A stretch of 60,927 nt of DNA, the filler included, from Nitrospinota bacterium (GTDB lineage: Bacteria > JADFOP01), in the NCBI GenBank assembly GCA_022562795.1. It is 3 parts of 3 records of this genome, joined end to end, with 100 filler letters (N's around TTAATTAATTAA, not from the genome) between each part and the next. Parts side by side here need not be neighbours in the genome. Positions count along the whole stretch, not along the records: positions 25,297 to 53,523 come from JADFOP010000026.1; positions 53,624 to 60,927 come from JADFOP010000062.1; 1 more part is not named here. One strand, given 5' to 3'. Below, one piece after another: positions 45,793 through 55,654 of this stretch. Within the stretch, counting starts at the first letter, position 1; each line of letters opens with the position of its first letter. The notes below the pieces were generated by a model that was given only the letters and a program-made list of their open reading frames with translations, did not search any database and had not been told where the DNA came from. Both the position numbers and the translations under genes were made by a program.

Positions 45793-47985
45793 GTGGTCCG
45801 CATCGAAGACAGCCGTGACGCAGTTCTAGCCTACTACCCCCAGGCCGACCTCGATATCATTGATCGCGCTTACATTTTCTCCGCAAAAGTTCATAAAGGC
45901 CAGGTCCGCCTCTCCGGAGAGCCCTACCTCCTCCACCCCCTGGAAGTGGCCTACATCCTGACCCAGCTGAAGCAAGACCCCGTAACAGTGGCGGTGGGCC
46001 TGCTCCACGACACCGTCGAGGATACCCATACCACGCTGGAGCGCATCAAAGAGCTATTCGGCCCCGAGGTCGAAGCCTTGGTGGATGGCGTGACAAAAAT
46101 TTCAAAGATGACCTTCTCCAGCACCGAAGAAAAAGAGGCGGAAAACTTCCGCAAGATGATTCTCGCGATGGCGAAGGACATCCGGGTCGTCCTCATCAAG
46201 CTGGCCGACCGGCTACATAATATGCGGACCCTCGAATACGTTCCCGAGCTCAAGCGGGTACGCATCTCGAGGGAGACCATGGATATCTACGCGCCCATCG
46301 CCAACCGGCTAGGGATCAACTGGATGAAGATGGAGCTTGAAGACCGAGCCTTAGCCCACCTCCATCCGGAGGCCTACGCCGACCTCCAGGCGCGCATCCA
46401 GAATTCCCAGGCCGAGCAAGAAGCGGCCCTCATCGAGCTACGGGAGCTCGTCGCCAAGGCCTTGGCCGAAGCGGGTTTGCCGGGCCACGTTGAAGGCCGC
46501 TCCAAGCACCTATACAGCATCTACGCCAAGATGATGAAACAGAACATTCCGTTCGAGGAAGTCTATGACATCTCGGCCCTCCGCATCATCACCGATTCGA
46601 TCCGTCAATGCTATTCCATCCTGGGCATTGCTCACTCTATGTGGAAGCCCGTTCCCGGGCGATTCAAGGATTACATCGCCATGCCCAAAAGCAATATGTA
46701 CCAGTCTCTACATACCACCGTCATTGGTCCCAGGGGCGAGCCCATGGAGTTCCAGATTCGCACCGAAGAGATGCACCGCACCGCGGAGGAGGGCATCGCC
46801 GCCCACTGGCGCTACAAGGAAGGCAAGGAGGGCGAGGCCAGAGACGAGCAACAGTTCCTCTGGCTTCGGCAGCTTCTGGAGTGGCAGCAGGAGCTTAAAG
46901 ACCCCCGGGAGTTTCTGGAAACCGTCCGTGTGGACCTCTTCCCCGACGAAGTGTACGTCTTCACCCCTAAGGGAGACGTCAGGGCCCTGCCCCGGGGAGC
47001 CACCCCTGTGGACTTCGCCTATTCCGTACACTCCGAGGTGGGCGACCACTGCCTGGGGGCCAAGGTCAACGGCAAGATGGTGGCCCTCAAAACCCCTCTG
47101 AAGAACGGCGACATAGTGGAAATTATCACCGACGCCCGTCATCAACCGAGCCGCGATTGGCTGAAGTTCGTCAAGACCGCCCGGGCCCGGGAGAAAATTC
47201 GCGCCTTCGTCAAAACAGAGCAGAAAAAGCGGGCTCTGAGCCTCGGTGAGGAGATTTTCCACAAAGAGCTCGCCAAGTTTGACCTGGACCCTGCGGCCGT
47301 CATTAAGAGCCCAGAGCTTTTAGAGGCGGCCAAACGCTTCGGCTGTCAACGGATCGAAGACTTGATGGTACAAATCGGATACGGGAAGGTTTCGCTCCAC
47401 CAAGTGGCCATGAAGCTGTTGCCCAAAGAGAAGGCCGAGGCCCTAAGGACCCAGAAGGAGGAAGCCGCCCGAGGAGCACCCCCCAAGGCATCAAAGGAGG
47501 CCGAGGGAGTCAAGGTCAAGGGTGTCGAGGACATCTTGCTCCACTTCGCCAAGTGCTGCAATCCCGTTCCCGGCGACGAGATTATCGGCTATGTCACCCG
47601 TGGGCGAGGGGTATCAATCCACACTGCCGACTGCCCTAGCTTGGCCTCCATCGAGGTGGACCTGGACCGGAGAATCGATGTCCATTGGGACGTGAAGAAG
47701 AAGAAGCCTTTCGCGGTGCGAATTCTGGTAGAGACGGTCGACCAGACAGGGGTGCTTGCCAAGGTCGTCAATGCCATTGCCGACTGCGAAGTCAACATCT
47801 CCGAGTGTAATGTACATACCTCTGGGGACGAGCGGGCACAGATCCATTTCGCCATAAATATTATGGACCTCAAGCACTTGGAGAAGGTGATGGGAGAGAT
47901 TGGAAAGATTAAGACGGTGCTCAACGTCCACCGGATCAAGGATTCAGCACGGCCTGGGCGGCCTTCCGGACACTCCGGCCGCTGA
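45793..47985 (+). CDS. rel: Bifunctional (p)ppGpp synthetase/hydrolase (long RSH)
   Basis: LHDTVED, KLADRLHN, YQSLHT, AAHW, TGS, CC, ACT domains. Confidence 0.97.
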   Translation: MVRIEDSRDAVLAYYPQADLDIIDRAYIFSAKVHKGQVRLSGEPYLLHPLEVAYILTQLKQDPVTVAVGLLHDTVEDTHTTLERIKELFGPEVEALVDGVTKISKMTFSSTEEKEAENFRKMILAMAKDIRVVLIKLADRLHNMRTLEYVPELKRVRISRETMDIYAPIANRLGINWMKMELEDRALAHLHPEAYADLQARIQNSQAEQEAALIELRELVAKALAEAGLPGHVEGRSKHLYSIYAKMMKQNIPFEEVYDISALRIITDSIRQCYSILGIAHSMWKPVPGRFKDYIAMPKSNMYQSLHTTVIGPRGEPMEFQIRTEEMHRTAEEGIAAHWRYKEGKEGEARDEQQFLWLRQLLEWQQELKDPREFLETVRVDLFPDEVYVFTPKGDVRALPRGATPVDFAYSVHSEVGDHCLGAKVNGKMVALKTPLKNGDIVEIITDARHQPSRDWLKFVKTARAREKIRAFVKTEQKKRALSLGEEIFHKELAKFDLDPAAVIKSPELLEAAKRFGCQRIEDLMVQIGYGKVSLHQVAMKLLPKEKAEALRTQKEEAARGAPPKASKEAEGVKVKGVEDILLHFAKCCNPVPGDEIIGYVTRGRGVSIHTADCPSLASIEVDLDRRIDVHWDVKKKKPFAVRILVETVDQTGVLAKVVNAIADCEVNISECNVHTSGDERAQIHFAINIMDLKHLEKVMGEIGKIKTVLNVHRIKDSARPGRPSGHSGR

Positions 47986-47988
47986 GCC

Positions 47989-48204
47989 TCACCCCATACC
48001 TTTAGCAGCCCCCCTGAAGACTTTTTGGACTCGGCCAGACCTCAGGCATCGGGTGCAAACGTAGACCCTGCGGACCTTGCCCTCCTGCTGGATGCGCATC
48101 TTCTGAAGATTGGGGTTGAAGCGGCGGTTGGTGACCCGGTGGGAGTGGCTGATGTTATGCCCGAATTGAGGGCCCTTGCTGCATATAGCGCATACCCTGG
48201 CCAC
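47989..48204 (-). CDS. rpmB: 50S ribosomal protein L28 (Zn-ribbon type)
   Basis: CAIC, GHNISHS, RRFNPNLQ, CTRC; GTG after GGAGGAG. Confidence 0.95.
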   Translation of the reverse strand: MARVCAICSKGPQFGHNISHSHRVTNRRFNPNLQKMRIQQEGKVRRVYVCTRCLRSGRVQKVFRGAAKGMG

Positions 48205-48443
48205 GGTCTCCTCCTCCAAAGGTGGGTCGCAGGAGATACAAAGGGCGCAATAATAGCACGGTGACTTTGAGGGCGCAAGGCTCTATGCTGGATCTCCATT
48301 GGGCCGGGGACGTCCGCGATCGCTGCTTTTACCCGCCGTCTCTTTTTCCCTTGCCTTGGCTCGCAATCCGGGTAGAATGGAGGAGACCTTCGTCGTTTTT
48401 TGATCCCCACAATTCATCGCGACCCACACTCCGGGGGAGAATC

Positions 48444-49772
48444 GTGGCCGAGACAGCCCTCAAAACGCCCGAACAGATGCGGAAGCTATTCCATCCAGAA
48501 AGCGTGGCCGTCGTAGGGGCCTCCACCGACCCGTCCAAGCTCGGACACGAAATTATGAAAAACATCATTGATGCCGGATTTGCCGGGCCCGTCCACCCCG
48601 TAAACCCAAAGGCCGAGGAGATACTGGGTAGGCCGGTCTCGGCCTCCATCAGCGCCCTGGCCGACCCGGTGGACCTAGCCGTCGTCATCGTTCCGGCCCG
48701 GTTCGTGCCGGGCGTCATCTCCGAGTGCGGTGAAAGAGGCGTCGGGGCGGCTATCGTCATCACGGGAGGCTTCAAGGAGGCCAGCCCGGCAGGAGAGGCC
48801 CTGGAGGCCGAACTCGTCGAGGCCGCCCAGAAGGCTGGAGTGGCCGTGGTAGGCCCCAACTGCCAGGGCATCAACCACCCATACCACGGGCTTTGCGCCT
48901 CCTGGCCCCTACTCACCAACCGGGGGCCTATCGCGCTGGTCAGCCAAAGCGGCACCGTGGGTGCGGCGCTGATGGACTGGGCCCAGCTCGAGGGGCTCGG
49001 GGTCTCATGCTTCGTCTCCATGGGAAACCGCTGCGACGTGGACGAGAGCGACCTCATCGCCTACTTCGCTCAGGACGAGCACACACGGGCCATTGCCATC
49101 TACCTGGAGGGTGTAAAAGACGGCCGGAAGTTCATCGCGGCCGTTGAGGCGTGCGAGAAGCCGCTTGTCATCCTAAAGGCTGGGCGGACCGAGCGGGGGC
49201 GCGTGGCCGCCGAGAGCCACACCAAGAGCCTGGCCGGCCGGGATGAAATCTACGAGGCCGTCTTCCGCCAGTACGGCATCTACCGGGCCGACACCCTCGA
49301 GGAGCTCTACGACTACGCTAAGGCCCTTGCCTACATGAAGACCCCCAAGGGGCGACGCATCCTCTTTCTCACCTCCTCTGGAGGGGCGGCCATCATCGCC
49401 ACCGACGCGGCTGTGGAATGCGGCCTCGAGGTGCCTCACCTGCCGGAGGAGCTTTACGCGGGCTTGCGGAAGGAGCTGCCTGAGCACTTCGTCGTCGGAA
49501 ACCCCTTTGACTTAACAGGCGACGCCACCGCGAAGATATACTCCGAAGTGGCCGAGAAGGCCGCCGAGCACTTCGACGTCCTGGGACTCATCTTCGGAGA
49601 CCCCATAGATGAGGCCCACACGGCCGTTGACCCTGCGAGGGGAGACCTCGTCATATTCCTCGGCGGGGCCGAGATAGAGCGGGCCGAGCGGGAAAAGATC
49701 CACGCCATGGGAGTTCCCGTCTTCCCTACCCCAGAGCGGGGCATCAAGGCGCTGGCCCAGCTTTATAAATAG
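48444..49772 (+). CDS. ADP-forming acyl-CoA synthetase, alpha (CoA-binding) subunit
   Basis: VAVVGAS, GPNCQG, SQSG, AESHT (phospho-His), TSSGG, NPFDLTG. Confidence 0.9.
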   Translation: MAETALKTPEQMRKLFHPESVAVVGASTDPSKLGHEIMKNIIDAGFAGPVHPVNPKAEEILGRPVSASISALADPVDLAVVIVPARFVPGVISECGERGVGAAIVITGGFKEASPAGEALEAELVEAAQKAGVAVVGPNCQGINHPYHGLCASWPLLTNRGPIALVSQSGTVGAALMDWAQLEGLGVSCFVSMGNRCDVDESDLIAYFAQDEHTRAIAIYLEGVKDGRKFIAAVEACEKPLVILKAGRTERGRVAAESHTKSLAGRDEIYEAVFRQYGIYRADTLEELYDYAKALAYMKTPKGRRILFLTSSGGAAIIATDAAVECGLEVPHLPEELYAGLRKELPEHFVVGNPFDLTGDATAKIYSEVAEKAAEHFDVLGLIFGDPIDEAHTAVDPARGDLVIFLGGAEIERAEREKIHAMGVPVFPTPERGIKALAQLYK

Positions 49773-49824
49773 CCTCCCGGCCGGTAGGGGGCGTAACGCA
49801 AAGGAGAAGGTCGAGGAGCCACCG

Positions 49825-50526
49825 ATGCATGAGCTGGTTGAGACCGCCGCGAAAGCTCCCCGCCACCTGACCGAGGCCGAGGCCTACGAGCTTTTGAGCG
49901 CCTACGGCTTCACCACTCCGGCTTGGCGGGTGGTCAGCTCATTCGGCGAAGCGGTCGAGGCCGCCTCCGAGCTCGGCTATCCGGTGGCGCTCAAGCTCTC
50001 CTCGCCCACCGTCCTCCACAAGAGCGACGTGGGAGGAGTGGTGTTGGGCCTCGACGGTCCGGAGGACGTTGCGTCAGCCTTCGAGCGGATTCTCAGCAGG
50101 GTGGGCCAGGCCCTGCCCGAAGCGGCCGAGGCCGACCTCCTGGTCGTCCCCATGGCCAAGCCGGGTCTTGAGGTCATCCTCGGCATGACGCGGGACGAGC
50201 AGTTCGGCCCGGCGGTGATGTTCGGTCTCGGGGGAGTGTGGGTCGAGCTCCTCGAGGACATCACTTTTAGACTCGTGCCCGTTGCAGAGGCCGAGGCCCG
50301 GCGGATGCTCACCGAGATCAAGGGCGCGCCGCTGCTCGCCAGCTACAGGGGAGCGCCGCCCCGCGACGTGGAGGCCCTGGTCGGGAGGATTCTTGGCCTT
50401 TCTGAGCTCGTGGAGGCCCACCCGGCCATCGCCTCCATCGACATCAACCCCCTCGTGGTTTATGAAGAGGGCACCCTGGTGGTGGACGCCAAGGTGTTCA
50501 TCGAGGGCGCCGAAGCATCAGCGTGA
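49825..50526 (+). CDS. ADP-forming acyl-CoA synthetase, beta (ATP-grasp) subunit
   Basis: GYPVALK, HKSDVGGV, FGPAVMFGLGG, DINP, VVDA. Confidence 0.9.
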   Translation: MHELVETAAKAPRHLTEAEAYELLSAYGFTTPAWRVVSSFGEAVEAASELGYPVALKLSSPTVLHKSDVGGVVLGLDGPEDVASAFERILSRVGQALPEAAEADLLVVPMAKPGLEVILGMTRDEQFGPAVMFGLGGVWVELLEDITFRLVPVAEAEARRMLTEIKGAPLLASYRGAPPRDVEALVGRILGLSELVEAHPAIASIDINPLVVYEEGTLVVDAKVFIEGAEASA

Positions 50527-50538
50527 GGAGAGCGGTCC

Positions 50539-50895
50539 ATGTCACCTATGGTGGAGGTTCGAGAGCGGGCGAAAAAGATCTTGGAGGCGGGCGATCCGGA
50601 AGGTGCCCTGAAGGTTCTTCAAGATAAGGTTGATGAGCTGGACGCCCAAGAAAAATACGACCTCATGGCCAAGTGGGCCCTGTTGGATGATCAGATCCCG
50701 TGTCTTGAGGCCCTGGAGGATCATGAGGCGGTTGAGGAGGTTCGGGCCGAGCAGGCCCGGGTGGTCAGGGAGCACGACGCAAAGATTGCGATCGGGGAGA
50801 TTAGGGCCCACCACCCGGTTACCGACTCGAAGAAGGACCTTCCCTCCAGAGACCGGGGGCCCGCACCGAGGCCCGAAGACTACCGGGTAGAGTGA
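50539..50895 (+). CDS. Hypothetical helical protein
   Basis: RBS GAGGAG, operon-like spacing, protein-like composition. Confidence 0.6.
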   Translation: MSPMVEVRERAKKILEAGDPEGALKVLQDKVDELDAQEKYDLMAKWALLDDQIPCLEALEDHEAVEEVRAEQARVVREHDAKIAIGEIRAHHPVTDSKKDLPSRDRGPAPRPEDYRVE

Positions 50896-50907
50896 CGGAG
50901 GGCTTTC

Positions 50908-51711
50908 GTGGGAGTGTTGGGCCGCTGGCTCGGTCGCAGGAGTCCAAGTCCCGAGGAAGCATGCGCCGAGGCGCTATGGGTGGCGTACGAGAAGCTCTTG
51001 CCTGAGGTCCGCTCGATGATAGTAGAGCCCGCCGCCGAATGGACCGCAGGGATGGAGCGGCCGGCGCTTGAAGTTGGCGAGGATGCCCTCAGGAAAGAGC
51101 TCATCTTTTACATCTGCTTTCTCTCGACCATCCACTGCCAGGAGTTTCTTTCGGACTGGCGCCCCTTCCTAGACCACCTCCACGCCCGGGCCCTGAAGGA
51201 CCTCCCCCCGGGAGCCGATGAGGAGCTCAACGCCCACTACGCTGAATACACGTCCGCCTTCGAGGGTGGGATGGGGCGCAACTGGCACGCCGTCAACCGG
51301 CTCTTTATGGCCAGGTTACAGGAGCTTCTCGGCGACATCCCTAGGCTGCTCTGGTCAGGGGCGACCTTCGCCATGCTTGACCTCACCCGCCGGGCGGCCC
51401 TGGAAATCCTCGAACAGTTGCCCGGCAAGGCGACCGGGGAGGCCTGCCCGGCGTGCGGTCTGGCGGGCCACCTCCAGCGGGTGGCCTTCGGAGAGACGGG
51501 CTCCGTCGAAATCTGCAACGCCTGCCTGGATGCGCCGCACGTCAGGGAGAAGCTTATCGGCGATTTCGCTGCGCTCTTCGGACTGGTGGAGCGCGGACAC
51601 GCCGAGGCCACGGAGCTAATCCACCAGCTCGCGTCCCGCCACCGCATGAGCGAGCCGGAGATTCTCAAAACGACCGCCCCTGGGGGCGAAGGTAGCGAGG
51701 AGGCCCTATAA
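50908..51711 (+). CDS. Hypothetical protein with CxxC...CxxC zinc ribbon
   Basis: CPAC...CNAC; RBS GGAGG. Confidence 0.6.
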   Translation: MGVLGRWLGRRSPSPEEACAEALWVAYEKLLPEVRSMIVEPAAEWTAGMERPALEVGEDALRKELIFYICFLSTIHCQEFLSDWRPFLDHLHARALKDLPPGADEELNAHYAEYTSAFEGGMGRNWHAVNRLFMARLQELLGDIPRLLWSGATFAMLDLTRRAALEILEQLPGKATGEACPACGLAGHLQRVAFGETGSVEICNACLDAPHVREKLIGDFAALFGLVERGHAEATELIHQLASRHRMSEPEILKTTAPGGEGSEEAL

Positions 51712-51824
51712 AGCTCCGATTGCGAGGGTGCTCATGGAGGCGGGGTAAAGTATCACCTCCTGGACATCGCTGCTTCCAGCCTCACATATACCACGTAGGT
51801 GGTGAGGTAATGTTCAAAGCTAAT

Positions 51825-52988
51825 TTATTTCTCTCCATTTTTGTTCTGAGAGCGGCTGAAGCCAATTTGATACCGCTCCGAGACGAAAGCCAATAGCGTC
51901 CCGACAATCATCCCGATGAGAAACCCATACGGCAGCCCAACCGCTATCAACCCTACCAACAAAGCGATTGCGAGGTCAGCCCTTGGATGGACGATGTCTT
52001 CTATCAACCTCATCAGCGTCAATCCTTCAAAAAATAAGATAACCCCCAAAATGGGAAGGGGAAAGATCGTGATGATCCCATTAAAACTGCCACTAAAGAA
52101 AAGCCCCAACAATAGATACATGGAGCCGTAAATAACAACGGAGCCTCCCGTTCGGCCTCCGAAAGCATAATGGCCCGCCATACCACCTGAGCCGTGACAC
52201 ACAGGGACTCCGCCCAGAAATGGAGCAACGATGTTCATCAATGAATAGGTCAGGCCAATTTTACGCACCGTGATTTCTTTTTCAGGGAACAGGTCATTCG
52301 CAATCTGCTTGGTTGCATAGATTGAGTTCCCCAGAGAAAGCGGAATTTGTGGCAGGGCTAACACGAAAAATCCCAAAATGATGTCTCGGATACTCGGCGC
52401 ATGTAATTGCGGGAGGGCAAATCGAAAACTTGGCTCTAAAACGCTCGCGGGGGTTTTGAATAAGAAGGAGTACAACAATCCAAGCATTATCACAAACAGG
52501 GCCGGGGGGTATTTTCGGTTACCTAGGAGCCCAATCACCATGACAAAAGCAATCGCTGCCAGGACGTAGCCCGTTGCACCCTCGGCCTGGACGAAATTTG
52601 TCAACGCGAGGAGAGCCAATTTGGCTCCGAGCCCAAACTGGATTCCTCTGATCACCGCTTTCGGTATCACTCTCCCGAGCCAGTCAATGAGTCCAGTCAC
52701 CGTCAAGAGAAGCATGGTGAACCCTATGGCCAGCCCAGCTCCATAAATAACCGAACCAGTCAGGCGTTCAGCGATGACGATTGCCGCAACAGCTTTCAGT
52801 GGTTGGACGGGCATTGGAATGCCGTAAAGCCGTGCGGTGAGAATCTGCATAATGCCGAAGACGATAAGAACGCTCGCCGCATCAATACCTGAGACGAGAA
52901 TCATGCCGGTAATGAGCGGTAGATCGGTTCCGATGTCGCCGAACGCCCCCGACCACTCGTTCCGATCAAACCGTATGGCGGTTTTCAT
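51825..52988 (-). CDS. MOT1-family molybdate/sulfate transporter
   Basis: EWSGAFGDIGT, PMPVQPLK, PQIPLSLGNS, PVCHGSGG; downstream of moeA; visibly more AT-rich than its flanks. Confidence 0.85.
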   Translation of the reverse strand: MKTAIRFDRNEWSGAFGDIGTDLPLITGMILVSGIDAASVLIVFGIMQILTARLYGIPMPVQPLKAVAAIVIAERLTGSVIYGAGLAIGFTMLLLTVTGLIDWLGRVIPKAVIRGIQFGLGAKLALLALTNFVQAEGATGYVLAAIAFVMVIGLLGNRKYPPALFVIMLGLLYSFLFKTPASVLEPSFRFALPQLHAPSIRDIILGFFVLALPQIPLSLGNSIYATKQIANDLFPEKEITVRKIGLTYSLMNIVAPFLGGVPVCHGSGGMAGHYAFGGRTGGSVVIYGSMYLLLGLFFSGSFNGIITIFPLPILGVILFFEGLTLMRLIEDIVHPRADLAIALLVGLIAVGLPYGFLIGMIVGTLLAFVSERYQIGFSRSQNKNGEK

Positions 52989-53045
52989 TCGTGGCCCGCA
53001 GCCTCTAGCATTAGAGATTTCAGAAGAAGGGGCGGCCCCCCACCC

Positions 53046-53523
53046 TCAGAAGAGTTTTACCAGGACGGGGGTGTCGGCCTCCAGGCCAGGGGAGTCGGCG
53101 GGAATCTCGATGTAGCCGTCGGCCTCGCTCATGCTGGTGATAGCCCCGGAAGTCTTAAATACCGGGTGGGCTTGACCTCCGACTACGGCGACCGTCAGAA
53201 TCTGGAGTCGGCCCAGGCCGCCCGACACGGCCCGGGCCAGGGGGAGCTCGAGGGTCTGGAGCCTAGGGGCCGGACGGTGGCCGATACGGGCCACCAGGGG
53301 GTCCAGGAGGAGGTAGGCGTTGGTGAGGCAGGAGGTCGGGTAGCCGGGCATCCCGACCAAAAGCTGGCGGCTCCCTTTCCTGCGGGCCATCAGGGTCGGT
53401 TTTCCGGGCTTGACCGCAATCCCTTGGAAGAGGAGTGAGCCCACCTCACTGAAGACCTCGGCCAGCAGGTCCCGCTCGCCCACCGAGGAGCCACCCGTCA
53501 GAATGAGGAGGTCTGCCTCGGGG
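53046..53523 (-). CDS. moeA: Molybdopterin molybdotransferase MoeA, 5' part cut by contig edge
   Basis: TGGSSVGERD, VKPGKP, MPGYPTS, SGAITSM. Confidence 0.9.
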
Positions 53524-53623
53524 NNNNNNNNNNNNNNNNNNNNNNNNNNNNNNNNNNNNNNNNNNNNTTAATTAATTAANNNNNNNNNNNNNNNNNNNNN
53601 NNNNNNNNNNNNNNNNNNNNNNN
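53524..53623. other. Artificial contig linker
   Basis: N44-TTAATTAATTAA-N44. Confidence 0.98.
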
Positions 53624-53834
53624 CTTCCTCTTCTTAGTCGACCCGGGCTTCGGGATCTCCACCCTCCGTACGGGCTTGAAGCGATAGCTGCCGGCGCCAA
53701 GCTTGTCGTGGATCAGGTCGAGGTACTCCTCGGCCCGCTCCGCGAAGGCTTCCACCGTCATCTGGTCTATTCCGGCTGCCCCGGCATTGCTCTTCACTGA
53801 CTGCCATGCCCGGTGCAGTCGCCCCCCGGTCGTA
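53624..53834 (-). mobile_element. Group II intron reverse transcriptase N-terminal fragment (RT0-RT1)
   Basis: YDRG/RLHRAWQSVKSNAGAAGIDQMTV...YRFKPVRRVEIPKPG; frameshift in a G6 run at 53822-53827; runs off the contig. Confidence 0.88.
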
Positions 53835-54452
53835 GACCCGCTCCATCACTCCTTCGATAGTCTCGAGCAACTGGGCTTCGTAGGGCGAGCCGGCGGCCAC
53901 CGAGACCGGTAGGCTGTGGGCGGTGAAGATGAGGGTGGCCCGGGCCTGCCCGTCGACGGGGACGGCCTCCCACGCCTCTTTAACCGAGTCGGCCCAGGCA
54001 TCCAAGAAGGAAGGGTTAGTGTGCCAGCCCTCGACGACGACAATCTCGGGCGGCTCGCGCAACGAATCAGCGGCCTCGACGAGGGCCCTGCGGTAGGCGT
54101 CGGTCCAGGTATGGGGAGACACGGTCAGGCCCACAAGACGGCTGCAACCTTTCCCGACCAACGAACTGACGGCCTCAGAGATGAACGGCTCGCTGTGGCG
54201 CATCCCAACGGCCGCCGGCCAGGGACGCCCCGCATCGGCCAGGCGGCGCTCGAGGGACTCAGCCTGCCTACGTGTGATAGCCGTTATCGGCGAGCCGCCG
54301 CCGATGGCCCGGTAGCGCTCGGTAATCTCTTCGAGGTGCTCGTCGGAAATCCACCCCTTGCCCAAAATGTCATCGAGGAAGGCGGGAATCTCTTCCAGGC
54401 GCTCAGGCCCCCCGTAGGCCATCAGCACAACACCCGTCGCTTGGTGGACCAT
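53835..54452 (-). pseudogene. hemH: Ferrochelatase truncated after about 206 codons
   Basis: MAYGGP, RYRAIGGGSP, GMRHSEP, FTAHSLP, then an abrupt switch to RT sequence; the C-terminal QS/W..P/ETL region is absent. Confidence 0.85.
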
Positions 54453-55484
54453 TTAGCGTTGAGAGAGCTCGTGGACCATATCGACGAGGGCCGCGACCGA
54501 CTCGACTGGCGTCGTGGGCAGCACCCCATGGCCCAGATTGAAAATGTGGCCCGGCCGTCCGGCGGCGGCCTTCAATATGGCTTCCACCTGGCCCCTGAGG
54601 GCGCTCGTTGGGGCGTGTAGGGCAACGGGGTCGAGGTTGCCTTGGACGGCCACCTCAGCTGGGCCGAGACGCTCCCAGGCTTCGCCGAGCGAGACGCGCC
54701 AGTCCAAGCCGATGACATCGCTTCCGGCCTCGCGCATTAGATCGAGCAGGGTCGCCGTGCCCGTGCCGAAGTGGATGACGGGGACCCCGGGGGTGAGGCC
54801 TGCGATGACGGCCTTCGAGTATGGAAGGACGTAGCGGGCGTAGTCGGACGGGCTAAGGCAGCCGACCCAACTGTCGAAGAGCTGGACGGCATCGACCCCG
54901 GCGGCGATCTGCGCGTTGAGGTAAGCGGAGACAACCGTCGCGAATTTACCCATCAAGGTATCCCAGGCCTCAGGGGCGCCGTACATGATGCGCTTCGTCT
55001 CCAAATAATGGCGCGAGGCGCCCCCCTCGATCAGGTAGCTCGCAAGGGTGAAGGGCGCGCCGGCAAAGCCGATCAGCGGAGTCTTTCCGTCCAGCTCGGC
55101 CTGCACCAGACCGATTGCCTCCAGGACGAAGGGAAGGTCGGCCTCTGGCTCGACGGGCCTCAGCCGGTCCACGTCGGCCGCCGTCCGGACGGGGTTGTGG
55201 ATGACTGGGCCTTCTCCCGCGGTGAACTCAAGGTCGGCGCCCATCGGCTCCAGTGGCAATAGAATGTCAGCGAAAATGATGGCCGCGTCCAGGTCGAACC
55301 GCTCCAGCGGCTGGAGGGTCACCTCGGCGGCCAGCTCCGGGGTCTTGCACAAAGTGAGAAAGGGTGTGCTCTTGCGGATCTCCCGGTACTCTGCCATATA
55401 TCGGCCCGCCTGGCGCATAATCCAGATGGGCGTATACGGGGTCGGCTCCCGGCGGCAGGCCTTGAGGAAGATGTCGTGTTCCAT
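54453..55484 (-). CDS. hemE: Uroporphyrinogen decarboxylase
   Basis: WIMRQAGRY, GFAGAPFT, QLFDSW, QGNLDP, FNLGHG. Confidence 0.97.
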   Translation of the reverse strand: MEHDIFLKACRREPTPYTPIWIMRQAGRYMAEYREIRKSTPFLTLCKTPELAAEVTLQPLERFDLDAAIIFADILLPLEPMGADLEFTAGEGPVIHNPVRTAADVDRLRPVEPEADLPFVLEAIGLVQAELDGKTPLIGFAGAPFTLASYLIEGGASRHYLETKRIMYGAPEAWDTLMGKFATVVSAYLNAQIAAGVDAVQLFDSWVGCLSPSDYARYVLPYSKAVIAGLTPGVPVIHFGTGTATLLDLMREAGSDVIGLDWRVSLGEAWERLGPAEVAVQGNLDPVALHAPTSALRGQVEAILKAAAGRPGHIFNLGHGVLPTTPVESVAALVDMVHELSQR

Positions 55485-55598
55485 CGGAGACTGGTCCGTT
55501 TGTAGGATTGACGAAGGGCTCCCAAACGCCGCCATCTTACCCTGGGGAGCCTTTTAATGTCAAAGATGTTCAGGCCCGCGGGGCTGGACTTTTTTTTC

Positions 55599-55638
55599 TT
55601 GACAGAGATAGTTAAGCACCGTATTATTAAGATGTTAA
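55599..55638 (+). promoter_or_regulatory. Sigma70 promoter with overlapping palindrome (likely MarR operator)
   Basis: TTGACA-17-TATTAT; ATTAAGA/TGTTAAT near-palindrome at 55625-55638. Confidence 0.6.
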
Positions 55639-55654
55639 TTACAGGAGAACGCCC

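Noticed and set aside
53624-53834. RT as a retron, DGR or defence RT
   Set aside because: The motifs (GAAGID, PVRRVEIPKP) are typical of group II intron maturases; no ncRNA, template repeat or partner gene is visible.
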